A stretch of DNA of 64,000 bases from Eledone cirrhosa (Eukaryota): the NCBI GenBank assembly GCA_964016885.1, contig OZ024743.1:277698001-277762000 (forward strand), written 5' to 3'. The notes beneath the pieces are model-generated. The model saw nothing but the letters and a program-made list of their open reading frames with translations. It made no database searches and was not told the origin of the DNA. Both the position numbers and the translations under genes were made by a program. Positions 22,374 through 32,291 of this stretch are shown one piece after another. How positions within the stretch are numbered: position 1 is the first letter of the stretch; the number at the start of each line of letters is the position of its first letter.

Positions 22374-25300
22374 TTCCTTGAATCTCAGTCATTGATGTTG
22401 GTTAACTGGAAAGTCCGTTGGATTGAATATCAAGCCACTACCTGCAGCCTCAGATATTCAGGACGTATCGGAGGGTTCTTGCTGTTCCAAGCAAGCATGC
22501 CTTTTGAAGCGTTCCAAAAAGCGTGAAGGGGCCGATTTTCTTTAACCATCCCTGGAAACTTTTGGAGATAGTCGCCAGTGCGCCTATGACAATCGGGATC
22601 ACTTTGACTTCATGGCAGTTCCAAATCCTTTTCACCTCCCACTTTAGGTCCTGGTATCGGTTAATTTTCTCCCTCTCCTTCTCTTGCACTCTCGTGTCGA
22701 ACGGGCAGGCCACATCCACAATCAGGCACGATCTTTTTTCTTTGTCCACAACCACCAGGTCAGGTCTATTGTGTTCCAGTTTTTTGTCCGTCTGTATCCT
22801 AAAATCCCACAGCACCTTCACCTGATTGTTCTCCATCACCGCCTCTGGCCTATGCTCATACCATTTCTCAGAATGTGGTAGATTGTTTACTTTGCACAGG
22901 TGCCAGTGGATCACCCTGCCCATCACATCGTGTCTCCAGCCCTTATAGTGGGTCTGGGCTAGGTGTTTACACTCGGACACAATGTGAGCCACAGTCTCCT
23001 CTCTCTCTCCACAGATCCTGCACAGTGGGCTAGCCTCCTCCTTGTAGATATGGTGCTTCAACCACTTCGTTTTGAGGGCCTGCTCCTGCGCAGCCATTAG
23101 CATTCCTTCTGTAGCCTTTTTGAGGTCTCCTCTTCTCAACCAGTTCCATGTCTGTGGATCTCTAAATTCAGTTTTCTCAAAGAAGGTACTATGAAGGGGT
23201 TTTCCCTTAAGGCTGCTCTTCCTCCTTGATGTTATTTCCTCCCTGGACATCCGCTGGCCTACTGTCCCCTCCTTCAGTACAGTTCTGAGCATTGGCTCCT
23301 TACTATAGGTCACGTATTTGTATAGGTTGTTTTTCTCCATCTGAACACAGTCCTCTATGCTGATAAGACCTCTTCCACCCTCAGATCTCCTTAGGTAGAG
23401 TTTATCGACATCACTCCTCTTGTGGAACATGTTGTAGATAGTCAATAGCTTCCTAGTCTTCCTATCCATTTCTTTCTGTTCAGCAACATTCCATCTCAGA
23501 ATTCCCGCACTGTACCTAATAATAGACACAGCTCGGGAATTTACTGCGCTTATGGCATTTCTGCTGTTCAGATGTGACTTCAATACGCTCCTTACTCTCC
23601 GAATGTATTTAGTTCTTAACAATTCCTTCATTTTTTTGTTCTTTATGCCATCAGCCTCCAGAACGCCCAAATACTTGTATCCTTCCTCAGAGTCAATTTC
23701 CTTTATCATCTCACCTGTTGGTATCTGGATCCCGTTACTTCTGCTCAACCTACCCCTCTTCATCACAATGACTCCACATTTACCAATACCAAACTGCATA
23801 CATATATCACTGCTGAAAATACGGACAGTGTCAACAAGCACATCCAACTCCTTCTCACTTTTCCCGAAGAGCTTAAGATCGTCCATGAAGAGGAGGTGAT
23901 TGATGGTAAGCTCTCCCCTTCCCAACTTGTATCCTGCTCTCACTTTTCGCAGCATAATGGTCAAGGGCATCAGGGCAAGGACAAACAACAGAGGGGACAG
24001 GCTATCTCCCTGGAAGATACCTCTCTTGATCTTCACGCTTCCCAAGGATACTCCAGTTGATGTCAACTCTGTCTCCCAGGACCCCATACTCCTGCCTAGC
24101 AACTGTCTGATGTTATCTGCCACCCTGAAGATCTCCAGGCTTTTGGTGATCCAGGAATGAGGCACCATGTCAAATGCCTTTCTGTAGTCTATCCATCCCA
24201 TGGCAAGATCAGTGTGTCTCCTCCTGCAATTCCCCATTACCATCTTATCAATAAGAAACTGGTCCTTTGTACCACGTGACTTCTTTCGGCATCCTTTCTG
24301 TTCGTCCGGTAACAAGTTGTTTGTGTGGAGGTGATGGTAGATTTCCTCAGACACAATGCTCGTCAACAGTTTCCACATTACGGGCAGACATGTGATAGGT
24401 CTATAGTTGGTAGCATCATTACCCTTGATTCGGTCTTTCATTATCAGAACTGTGGTACCTTTTGTCAACCACTCTGGCACCTCACCCGACACCAAGCAGT
24501 CATTGAACATGGCCGTCAGCTTCGGGTGGAGGGATGTTAGATGTTTAATCCAATACCCCTGCACACCATCTGGGCCTGGTGATTTCCAGTTGGTTAGTTT
24601 TTTGGCTTGCCCCTTAAGAGTTTCAACTGTGATACTCAAATCAGTCTGTTGCTGTGCCTGCTCACCGATCTCCCTCTGTACTGTCTCAATCCACCCTGCC
24701 TGGGCATTGTGTCTAACATCCTGCTCCCATATTCCTCTCCAGAATGTTTTAGTTTGCTCCGGCCCAGGGATCAAGTCGTTGCCTCTTTCTTTGCCCTCAA
24801 GCTGTCCAAACAGCATCTTCTGGTTGTTGTCGAACATGCGGTTCTGTTTATACTAACTGACTCTGTTCTCGTATCGCCTGATTTTTGCACTCTTTGCTAC
24901 AATGCGTTGCTTCAATTCCTCTATGATAATATTTAGCTTTTTACTCCTAGTTTTGTATTTCATTTCCAGTCTATTTTTAGTCCCTATGTTTTTTAGTGTA
25001 CCATTCAGTAGTGACTCAAGCTTTCCAATGTCATTTCTCATTTCCCCGATTTGCCCACTCAGTCGCTTCTTCCACCACGGCTCTGCTCTTTCTTGTCTGT
25101 TGTTTCCTCTCGCTTTTATACCAAGTAGTTTCCTCACCGTATTTGCTGTTGCTCTGAGGATATTGTTGCACTGGTGAATGCTCCTCGCCTCAAGGTATGG
25201 GATGACTTTGTTTACCTTAGCTGTTGTTTCTTTTAACTTTTTCCTGTCTACAAATCTTAGGTTCATAGGTCTCCCACTATCATTGTTCAATTCATCTACC

Positions 25301-26185
25301 ACTAAATTTAGGATGTCAACCGAATCTTGTCCTAGCCCGTCAGCATTCATCTCCTCAGTGGCCGTATCTCTGTTCCAGGTATTATTTATCTCAGTACTCA
25401 GATCATTGTCTGCTTCGGGTGGTTCCTCCGTTCTCAGGACCTCCTCACCTTCATTTCCCACCGGCTCGCTTGTCTGGCATACTACACCCGCCATCTCCAA
25501 GCCATTCTCTCTGCTCAGTTCCTCCAGTTCCAGCTCGCTTATCCACCCATTAGTTCTTATTACCCGAGCCTGCCCGGCCAATTTTTGTTCATCTAATTTA
25601 AATAAACCAATCTCGTTCCAGATGTTATGCATCCGTCTCCTGTAGCCCCTCTCCTTGGGGTTACTTTTCAGGTAGCATTGCATAACAGTTCTATTCAATT
25701 CTTTCGTCCAGTTGGTTCTGGCCCCTTTCCTTCTTCTCCTTCCTCCAACATCAGCAGTATTTGGTTGACAGTCAGGTTCCTGCTGCTGAGCCAGGGGGCA
25801 CCTGTTGGGTGAGAGTCTGTCACATGACGTTCTAGTCTCCATTTCACCGTTATTCGAACTGTTTATGTTCGATATTTAAACACTCTTATCGAGGATTGGC
25901 GAATGTATGTTTACATAGCCATCTGTGGATCCGCCATCCCACTTGGCCCTTGTGTGGCATTATCACCACGCTGTATACGAACACACATAAACAAACAAAC
26001 ACACAGGCAGAAAGGGCCCCAAAAATGAATAAGCATAAGTTTCATTGTAATGTAGTGTTCGAATGTCTGACTTAGTTTTAGTTTTTTAAGTTTTACTTTT
26101 TCCCCCCTCTTCTCTGTCCGTCCGCCTGCTTCTCTCTTCATTCTTATTTTCTTTACGTTTTTGGGGTTCCTTTTTTTTGTTTTTG
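22374..26185 (-). mobile_element. Apparently full-length R4/Dong-like RLE non-LTR retrotransposon (copy 2)
   Basis: ~340-bp 5'UTR, one long ORF and a short 3'UTR; bounded by (ATT)n on both sides. Confidence 0.92.
22450..25842 (-). pseudogene. Dong-like single ORF (N-terminal domain + RT + CCHC/PD-(D/E)xK RLE) split by one TAG at 24853-24855
   Basis: Track ORFs 24853-25842 and 22450-24837 are in frame, and copy 1 has CAG at the stop. The N-terminus WTKELN..VMQCY...RGYRRRM..IW is typical of R4/Dong. Confidence 0.9.
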
Positions 26186-26425
26186 TTATTATTATTATTA
26201 TTATTATTATTGAATGCCATGGTTCACGGAGGCTCGGCTCTGTAAGGTATAGTAATTTTTAACCGTTAAAACAATTGTAAATTGTTTAAAACTTGAACCA
26301 AATTGTTGATAAAGACACCCTCCTCCTCGTGAGAGGGGTCTTTCTGTCCGTTATTTGGCCCTTCGGGGTTAAATAACCAGTTATTGGGGTTTTGTACCCA
26401 ATATTCATTTTAAACAAAAAACAAC

Positions 26426-28522
26426 ATGGCTACGAAAAAGAAATTTCATACGTCACTCCCACTCATTCCGTCTTCTTCTTCCTCAATCATCACTACAGCA
26501 GAGAGAAGATTGTCTCTCTCCCTCCCTTCTTTAAATGTGTCTCTCTCCCTCCCTTCTCTTTCGCAAGTGACGAAAGAAAAGAAAAGTCTCGTGCAAAGCG
26601 TGCAAGGTTTCTCCACGACGACGACGACAGCGACGAAACAGGTGTGCGGGAAATACGAAAACCCAGTTCATTCGTCTGACGTCAGGAATAATAGCAGTAG
26701 CAGCCGTAATAACAACAGCAACAGTGACAATGAAAACAACAGTAGCAGCCGCAACAGCATCACCAGCAGCATAAACAACAACAGCATTAGCAGCAGCAAC
26801 ACCAACAACAACCACAGCAACAGCGGCGGAGGCAGTAGTCGTAGTACCTGCAGCAACAACAAAAGTACCAGCAGCTCTGACGAGAACAACAACAGCAGAG
26901 AAAAACCAATCTCATTTGCAGGTATTGCGAAAAACTTGGAAACAATCCTCATAACAAATGAGGAATTAGAGGAAGCGAAGAAGATGGTGACAAAGAATGG
27001 ACACCGAGCAATCTGCAAGGCAGCGAAAAATTTTTTCGAAACCCAAGAGCACTGTACGGTCACGTACCGTACAGTAAGTACAAAATCCCGTAGGGTGGAA
27101 AGAGCCACAGAGGCCCAAATACAAAAAGCCTTGGGGTCTGTGTGGCAGCGGAAAACGCACATCACCCGAGGCAAAAAATATGCCACCGTAGACGTACTTT
27201 TTGCCACACCCCAGGAGGCAAAGGCCCAATCAGTAGTGACCCTAAGGAGCGAGGAAATGGTGTTGGTGCCCTCCTACTGTGGGCAAAAAATTGTGAGGGT
27301 GAAACTGACCCACGTCCCCCCCGGAATGACCCCTTCTTGGCTGGCCGCGTCTGTCCTCGTCGGAATCGAGGACAAAACAACTGTACTGCAAGTACAAAAA
27401 AAAGTAAGAGAAGATTGGGTCGGCTCCTCCATTGAGATGCTAATCCAAACCAACCAGGAGTGCATCGAAGCTATCCCGGATGTGATAGACTTCGATAACG
27501 GCACTCAACTGCCCATAAGTGTTGAGGGCAAACGCCCGAAATGCTTTCGCTGTGGATCGAAGACTCACCTCAGGGCCTTCTGCAACGAGAAGACCCTGAG
27601 AAAGGAGAAAACCCCCCTCCTTCCGAATCCGGCTCCACGCCTACCAGCAACAGGACAAGCGGCAACCAGGAACGATAGCCCCGTGGGACCCATACCCACT
27701 CCACGGAAATCAAAAACAGCAGCAGCAGTGGAAATACTAACAACAACAACAGCAATACCAAATGCAGCTGCAACAGAGACTCCAGTGCAAACATCACCAA
27801 CAACAACAAGTGAAAGAGTGGAGCTGGTACCCCTCCCCGACCTCACAGAATCAGACATGGAGTGTGAGGTGGGAGAGAGATGGCAAAAGGTCGTAAGAAG
27901 GCACAAACGCAGAAGCAGCGCATCGTCGCCTTTGAAAAGGGAGGAAAGAAATGAGAAAAGGGTAAAGTCTACTGCAAAGAGACCCACAGCAGCAACAACA
28001 CCAACACCATCACCACCCACACTAGCGCCACCATCACCACCGGCGACAACCCCACCGCCAACAACACCTTCAACACCACCACCACAAGCACCAACATCGC
28101 AAACACAACAACAAAACACACACACCCAGCAACAACGACAAGAAAATAGCAGAACCACACCCCACCCCCAGAAAAACAAATGCACGGCAATAAATACACA
28201 CAACAAGAAACTAATGACTTACATAATTGAACACACAGACATTTCACAACAGGACTACATAATACCAGCACCAATCAAAACGCCAACTAACATAAGACTG
28301 CTAAAAATAGCACAGAAACAATACACAAATATTAAAACGAAATTCCCCAACGCAGTTGGTGATTTCAGGGACCTAGGAGGAACCATCAATCGAAGAGTAT
28401 ACTCAGACATTCTCTTAGAAGAGCCGACGACCAGCCGAAGGGACGATTCAACGGTCCCTTCACCAGACGATCAAGTGAAAAGGGATGTAAAAACCATCCC
28501 TCCTCTACCAAAAGTACGGTAA
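26426..28522 (+). CDS. Tx1-B2 ORF1, gag-like (698 aa)
   Basis: CCHC knuckle CFRCGSKTHLRAFC; N/S-rich and P/T-rich low-complexity regions; the central domain resembles Tx1-A ORF1 (RG..Y.TV.VLF, R.DW.G, EGKRP.CF). Confidence 0.9.
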   Translation: MATKKKFHTSLPLIPSSSSSIITTAERRLSLSLPSLNVSLSLPSLSQVTKEKKSLVQSVQGFSTTTTTATKQVCGKYENPVHSSDVRNNSSSSRNNNSNSDNENNSSSRNSITSSINNNSISSSNTNNNHSNSGGGSSRSTCSNNKSTSSSDENNNSREKPISFAGIAKNLETILITNEELEEAKKMVTKNGHRAICKAAKNFFETQEHCTVTYRTVSTKSRRVERATEAQIQKALGSVWQRKTHITRGKKYATVDVLFATPQEAKAQSVVTLRSEEMVLVPSYCGQKIVRVKLTHVPPGMTPSWLAASVLVGIEDKTTVLQVQKKVREDWVGSSIEMLIQTNQECIEAIPDVIDFDNGTQLPISVEGKRPKCFRCGSKTHLRAFCNEKTLRKEKTPLLPNPAPRLPATGQAATRNDSPVGPIPTPRKSKTAAAVEILTTTTAIPNAAATETPVQTSPTTTSERVELVPLPDLTESDMECEVGERWQKVVRRHKRRSSASSPLKREERNEKRVKSTAKRPTAATTPTPSPPTLAPPSPPATTPPPTTPSTPPPQAPTSQTQQQNTHTQQQRQENSRTTPHPQKNKCTAINTHNKKLMTYIIEHTDISQQDYIIPAPIKTPTNIRLLKIAQKQYTNIKTKFPNAVGDFRDLGGTINRRVYSDILLEEPTTSRRDDSTVPSPDDQVKRDVKTIPPLPKVR

Positions 28523-28557
28523 GTGGTCTTTCCCATCTTTTCCACTCTATTTTAAAC

Positions 28558-31500
28558 ATGACCTCACTCAGAATAGGCAGCATAAATGCGCGTGGCTTGG
28601 GGTCGTCATGGAAGCAGGGTCACCTGCTCAACGACCTCAGGTCACTAAACATAGATGTAGTGGCCATCAGCGAGACCAGAATCTCCGAAGCACGGGCCTT
28701 CGCACCGATCTTCGGCGGCTACGATGTGTACGCATCTCCCAGCCGTCCTGGATCGGGTGGAGGAGTTGCTGTGCTTTTTCGGAGAGATTTGGATTTCGCC
28801 ATACGGGCCATCTTCCTGGACCCAGAGGGTAAGCTGGTGGTGCTGGACGTGACCAGCGGAGACGGGCAAGCTTTCAGGCTAGTGGCCGTCTATGCCCCGA
28901 TAGGAGCAGGGCGGCCTGATTTCTTCCGGCGTCTGGAGACCTTTCTTGGAACGTCCCGCTCTTTAGTGTTAGTGGGCGACTGGAACGGGATCTTAGATGC
29001 ACGCTGGGACTGTGTGGGATTAGCGGATAGGGGTGGAGGGTGCAAGAGCCTCACCAACCTGCTCAGGCGTTTTGAACTGTCTGACAGGTACCGATTGGAT
29101 TTCCCGAATGTGCCAATGTGGACTTGGACAAACCGCATAGGGTCATCCAGATCATATCTAGATAGAGTATTTTGTAGGGAAATAGATAGGTCTAGCATAG
29201 GCTGTCCACAATTCAAGATAGTCAGCTACACGGACCACAAATTCGTGACCTGTGTGCTTGACTTAGATAGGCTTCATAGACGAAGACCCGGCTACTGGAA
29301 GCTAAACGCGTCCTTACCAGCGCGCAAGGCCTACAGAGATCGGATTAGCGAACTAGTTAAGCGGGCGTTGACGGGGGCCATTGTCAACAATAAGTGGTGG
29401 TTTGCTCTGAAAAGAGCGATTAGAATAGAATCGATTAGGTTTAGTAAGGCTTTAGCAATAGAGAAAAATAGAGCAGAGGGAGAACTAGTTAGAAAATTAG
29501 ACGAGGCGCTTAGCAAAGGCATTGCGACCGACGTGCTTGCGGCGAAATTGGCCCTTGACCAATTCTTCAATGCAAAGCACGAAGGCTGCGTTGTCAGAGC
29601 TAGGGTGCGTGCTCTCAGACACGAGGGGACGAAAGCCGTTCAATGGGCCCGAGTGGCGGAGGCGCGTCGTGGCAACAAAGCCACGATCCGGTCTTTGGTG
29701 GACCACGACGGGCGCATGCTACTCGATCCCGGGCAAATGTGTGAAGCTTTTCAGCGACACTTCGCTCAGCTGTTCGGGGGCAGCGGTGGGCCGGGTCGAG
29801 GGATGGACTTTAGTGTCTACCTCGACGGACTGCCGCGACTCTCGGCCACTGAGGCGGAGTGTTGCGAAAAGCCGATAACAGCCGCTGAAGTAAGGGAGGC
29901 AATGACTGGCTGCACAAGGGGTAAATCGCCTGGTTTGGATGGTCTGCCCTATGAACTTTACGTACAGATGCCAGACTTGTTCGGAGGCCTCTTGGCGGAC
30001 GTCTACTACAACTGGCAACAGAACGGGAGAATTCCCAGTTCTGTGAGCCGAGGAGCGGTGGCACTGCTGAGAAAGGATCCGAACAAGGGGGATAACATAG
30101 ACAATTTCCGGCCCATAACTCTGCTAAACACAGAGTTCAAGATTTTGGCCAAGGTGCTAGCAAAGAGGTTGGCGCTTGTCGTTGGTGGTCTGGTGGGAGA
30201 GGCGCAGACATGCGCCATTCCCGACAGATCCATCCACGACAACCTCCACCTCATGCGATACATCATAGAGAGGGTAGCTAAGGAACCTGGCACGGGTGGG
30301 TCCTTGATCAATTTAGATCAGTCGAAAGCTTTCGATAGGGTCGACCATCGTTACCTAGCGGCAGTCCTGAGGGCGGCTGGCTTTGGGCCCATCTTCAGAG
30401 GCTGGATCGCTGCCATGCACAGCGACATCTGCTCTGTGGTGAGAGTGAACGGTCACCTGTCGGAACCGTTCAACATCATGCGCTCGGTCCGCCAAGGATG
30501 TCCCCTCTCGTCCCTCTTGTACGTATTGACTCTCGAGCCATTACTGCACAAACTGGAGACGTTGAGGGGAGTCCCGCGCGAACTAGGATGCGGAAGATCC
30601 GTGTCAGCATATGCGGACGATGTCACCGTAGTGGTGTCGAACGCCAAACACATCGAGGCGATCGGCACTACACTAAGAGAATACGAAGCGGTGACAGGAG
30701 CAATGATCAACCAGGAAAAGTCAGTGGGCCTGCAGCTCGGCACCTGGAGAGGCAGGTCCATGCCGTCCAACAGCGTCGTCGGGCGCTGGACGGACGGACC
30801 GGTTAAATTGCTAGGGGTCTGGATCGGTCCGGACCTCCAGACGGACAAAAACTGGGACGAGGTGACGAGCAGGGTGGCTTCTCTCACCCAGAAATGGGCG
30901 GAGAGGAAGCTATCCCTGAAAGGTCGAGCGGAGGTGGCTAACGCGTACATCGTGTCTGTCATCTGCTACCGCCTAACCGTCGTACCTTGTCCTAAGCCTC
31001 GCCTGACTGCGCTGGAGCGTTTGCTCTTTCGCTTTTTGTGGAAGGGACGTGCTCCGATGGTCAGGCGGTCCATCTGTTGTCAACACCCGCTACGTGGAGG
31101 GCTGGGCATGCCGTGGCTGATGATGCGCAGGCACGCGCTCAGGCTACGACATCTCCACCTCTTCCTCGACGGTGATCAGGTGTGGTCGCCGTTTGCTAGA
31201 CGCGTTTTTCCCCAGCTCGTTTCCTTGACGGAGCTGCAGTCCTGGGTCAAGCGAAGACCGAGAGGGAGCGCCTGGAGACTGGAATGTCTTCAGGCGCTCA
31301 CAGCCCTCGACCAATCGGGCAATGTGATCGGTGGAAACTCCACCTCGGCGTTCTATAGAGGATTAGTGGAGGGGAAGAGCGACGACGTACTTGGGGAAAC
31401 TCTAGGCGTCGACGAAAATCAACTAGCCAATCTCTTCGGAAGAACTTTCGGGCCGGGGCCTATGGACAACTTCCAGAAATCTCTGGCCTGGCAGTGCTAC

Positions 31501-31977
31501 CGAGGAGCCTTGCCAGTTCGGGATAAACTCTACAGGCATGGAGGTGCCGTCAGCCGGGCATGTCCGAGATGCGCGCAGGGCGACGAAACCGTCCTGCACG
31601 CACTCGTCCAGTGTCCGAAAATTGCTGACTTGTGGGTTTATGTCGAACACCTGCTGTCGCGTTTAGGACGGATCCGGCTATCATCTGAGTCCATCGTGAG
31701 GATTGCCCCGCCCTCCTCCTTTAGCCGGGAAGGGCAGGCAGTTTTTATCTGCCTGGTGGCCATGGTGAAAGAGATAGTATGGTGGACACGTTTGAAAGGG
31801 CTGAAGACGAGCACTTACCTCTTCGGTGATGCTCTGATTGACTTTTTCAAATTTCATTTGAAAAGGGAAATCAGAGTAGAGAGGGAAGTGCTCTCTTCCC
31901 TGCATTTTGTTGAAAGATGGGTGAGAGAAGCAAGAATGGCCCGAGTGAATGGGCCTACTCTGAGTATATATCTGTAA
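28558..31977 (+). CDS. Tx1-B2 ORF2: APE + RT + CCHC (1139 aa)
   Basis: SINARGL, GDWN, SYLDRV and TDH; FRPITLLN, DQSKAFD, VRQGCPLS and AYADD; CPRC..ETVLHALVQC. Confidence 0.96.
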   Translation: MTSLRIGSINARGLGSSWKQGHLLNDLRSLNIDVVAISETRISEARAFAPIFGGYDVYASPSRPGSGGGVAVLFRRDLDFAIRAIFLDPEGKLVVLDVTSGDGQAFRLVAVYAPIGAGRPDFFRRLETFLGTSRSLVLVGDWNGILDARWDCVGLADRGGGCKSLTNLLRRFELSDRYRLDFPNVPMWTWTNRIGSSRSYLDRVFCREIDRSSIGCPQFKIVSYTDHKFVTCVLDLDRLHRRRPGYWKLNASLPARKAYRDRISELVKRALTGAIVNNKWWFALKRAIRIESIRFSKALAIEKNRAEGELVRKLDEALSKGIATDVLAAKLALDQFFNAKHEGCVVRARVRALRHEGTKAVQWARVAEARRGNKATIRSLVDHDGRMLLDPGQMCEAFQRHFAQLFGGSGGPGRGMDFSVYLDGLPRLSATEAECCEKPITAAEVREAMTGCTRGKSPGLDGLPYELYVQMPDLFGGLLADVYYNWQQNGRIPSSVSRGAVALLRKDPNKGDNIDNFRPITLLNTEFKILAKVLAKRLALVVGGLVGEAQTCAIPDRSIHDNLHLMRYIIERVAKEPGTGGSLINLDQSKAFDRVDHRYLAAVLRAAGFGPIFRGWIAAMHSDICSVVRVNGHLSEPFNIMRSVRQGCPLSSLLYVLTLEPLLHKLETLRGVPRELGCGRSVSAYADDVTVVVSNAKHIEAIGTTLREYEAVTGAMINQEKSVGLQLGTWRGRSMPSNSVVGRWTDGPVKLLGVWIGPDLQTDKNWDEVTSRVASLTQKWAERKLSLKGRAEVANAYIVSVICYRLTVVPCPKPRLTALERLLFRFLWKGRAPMVRRSICCQHPLRGGLGMPWLMMRRHALRLRHLHLFLDGDQVWSPFARRVFPQLVSLTELQSWVKRRPRGSAWRLECLQALTALDQSGNVIGGNSTSAFYRGLVEGKSDDVLGETLGVDENQLANLFGRTFGPGPMDNFQKSLAWQCYRGALPVRDKLYRHGGAVSRACPRCAQGDETVLHALVQCPKIADLWVYVEHLLSRLGRIRLSSESIVRIAPPSSFSREGQAVFICLVAMVKEIVWWTRLKGLKTSTYLFGDALIDFFKFHLKREIRVEREVLSSLHFVERWVREARMARVNGPTLSIYL

Positions 31978-32239
31978 ATTAAAGGTGGAAAACTGGGAGA
32001 GGGCACTTGCCTTGGTGATCAGGGTCATTGTGGCTTTTTACTGGGCTTTCTCCACAAATGTCCCTCCGAAGTCTGCCCCCTATTGGGGAATTTTTCATTG
32101 TTATTTTTTGTTACATCCTCTGTTTTTGTTTCAACCTCTGTTTTTTTACACGCAGAAATGCCCATTTGTACCGTCCTGTATTGTCCTGTACTGTCCTTAA
32201 TGTCTACTTTATGTGAACCCTTGTGGTTAATAAAGAAAA

Positions 32240-32291
<52 letters not shown>

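Larger units (their letters stand above)
26212..32240 (+). mobile_element. Full-length Tx1-like family B element, copy 2 (both ORFs intact)
   Basis: 5'UTR, ORF1, ORF2 and 3'UTR; (ATT)n on both sides. Confidence 0.94.

Noticed and set aside
25880-25975. HDV or twister ribozyme in the Dong 5'UTR
   Set aside because: The sequence is GC-rich, but no consistent pseudoknot or core could be assembled by eye.
13165-32240. Segmental duplication of a [Dong + Tx1-B] unit
   Set aside because: The Dong copies differ in 5' extent and look more diverged than the Tx1-B copies; independent insertions fit better.
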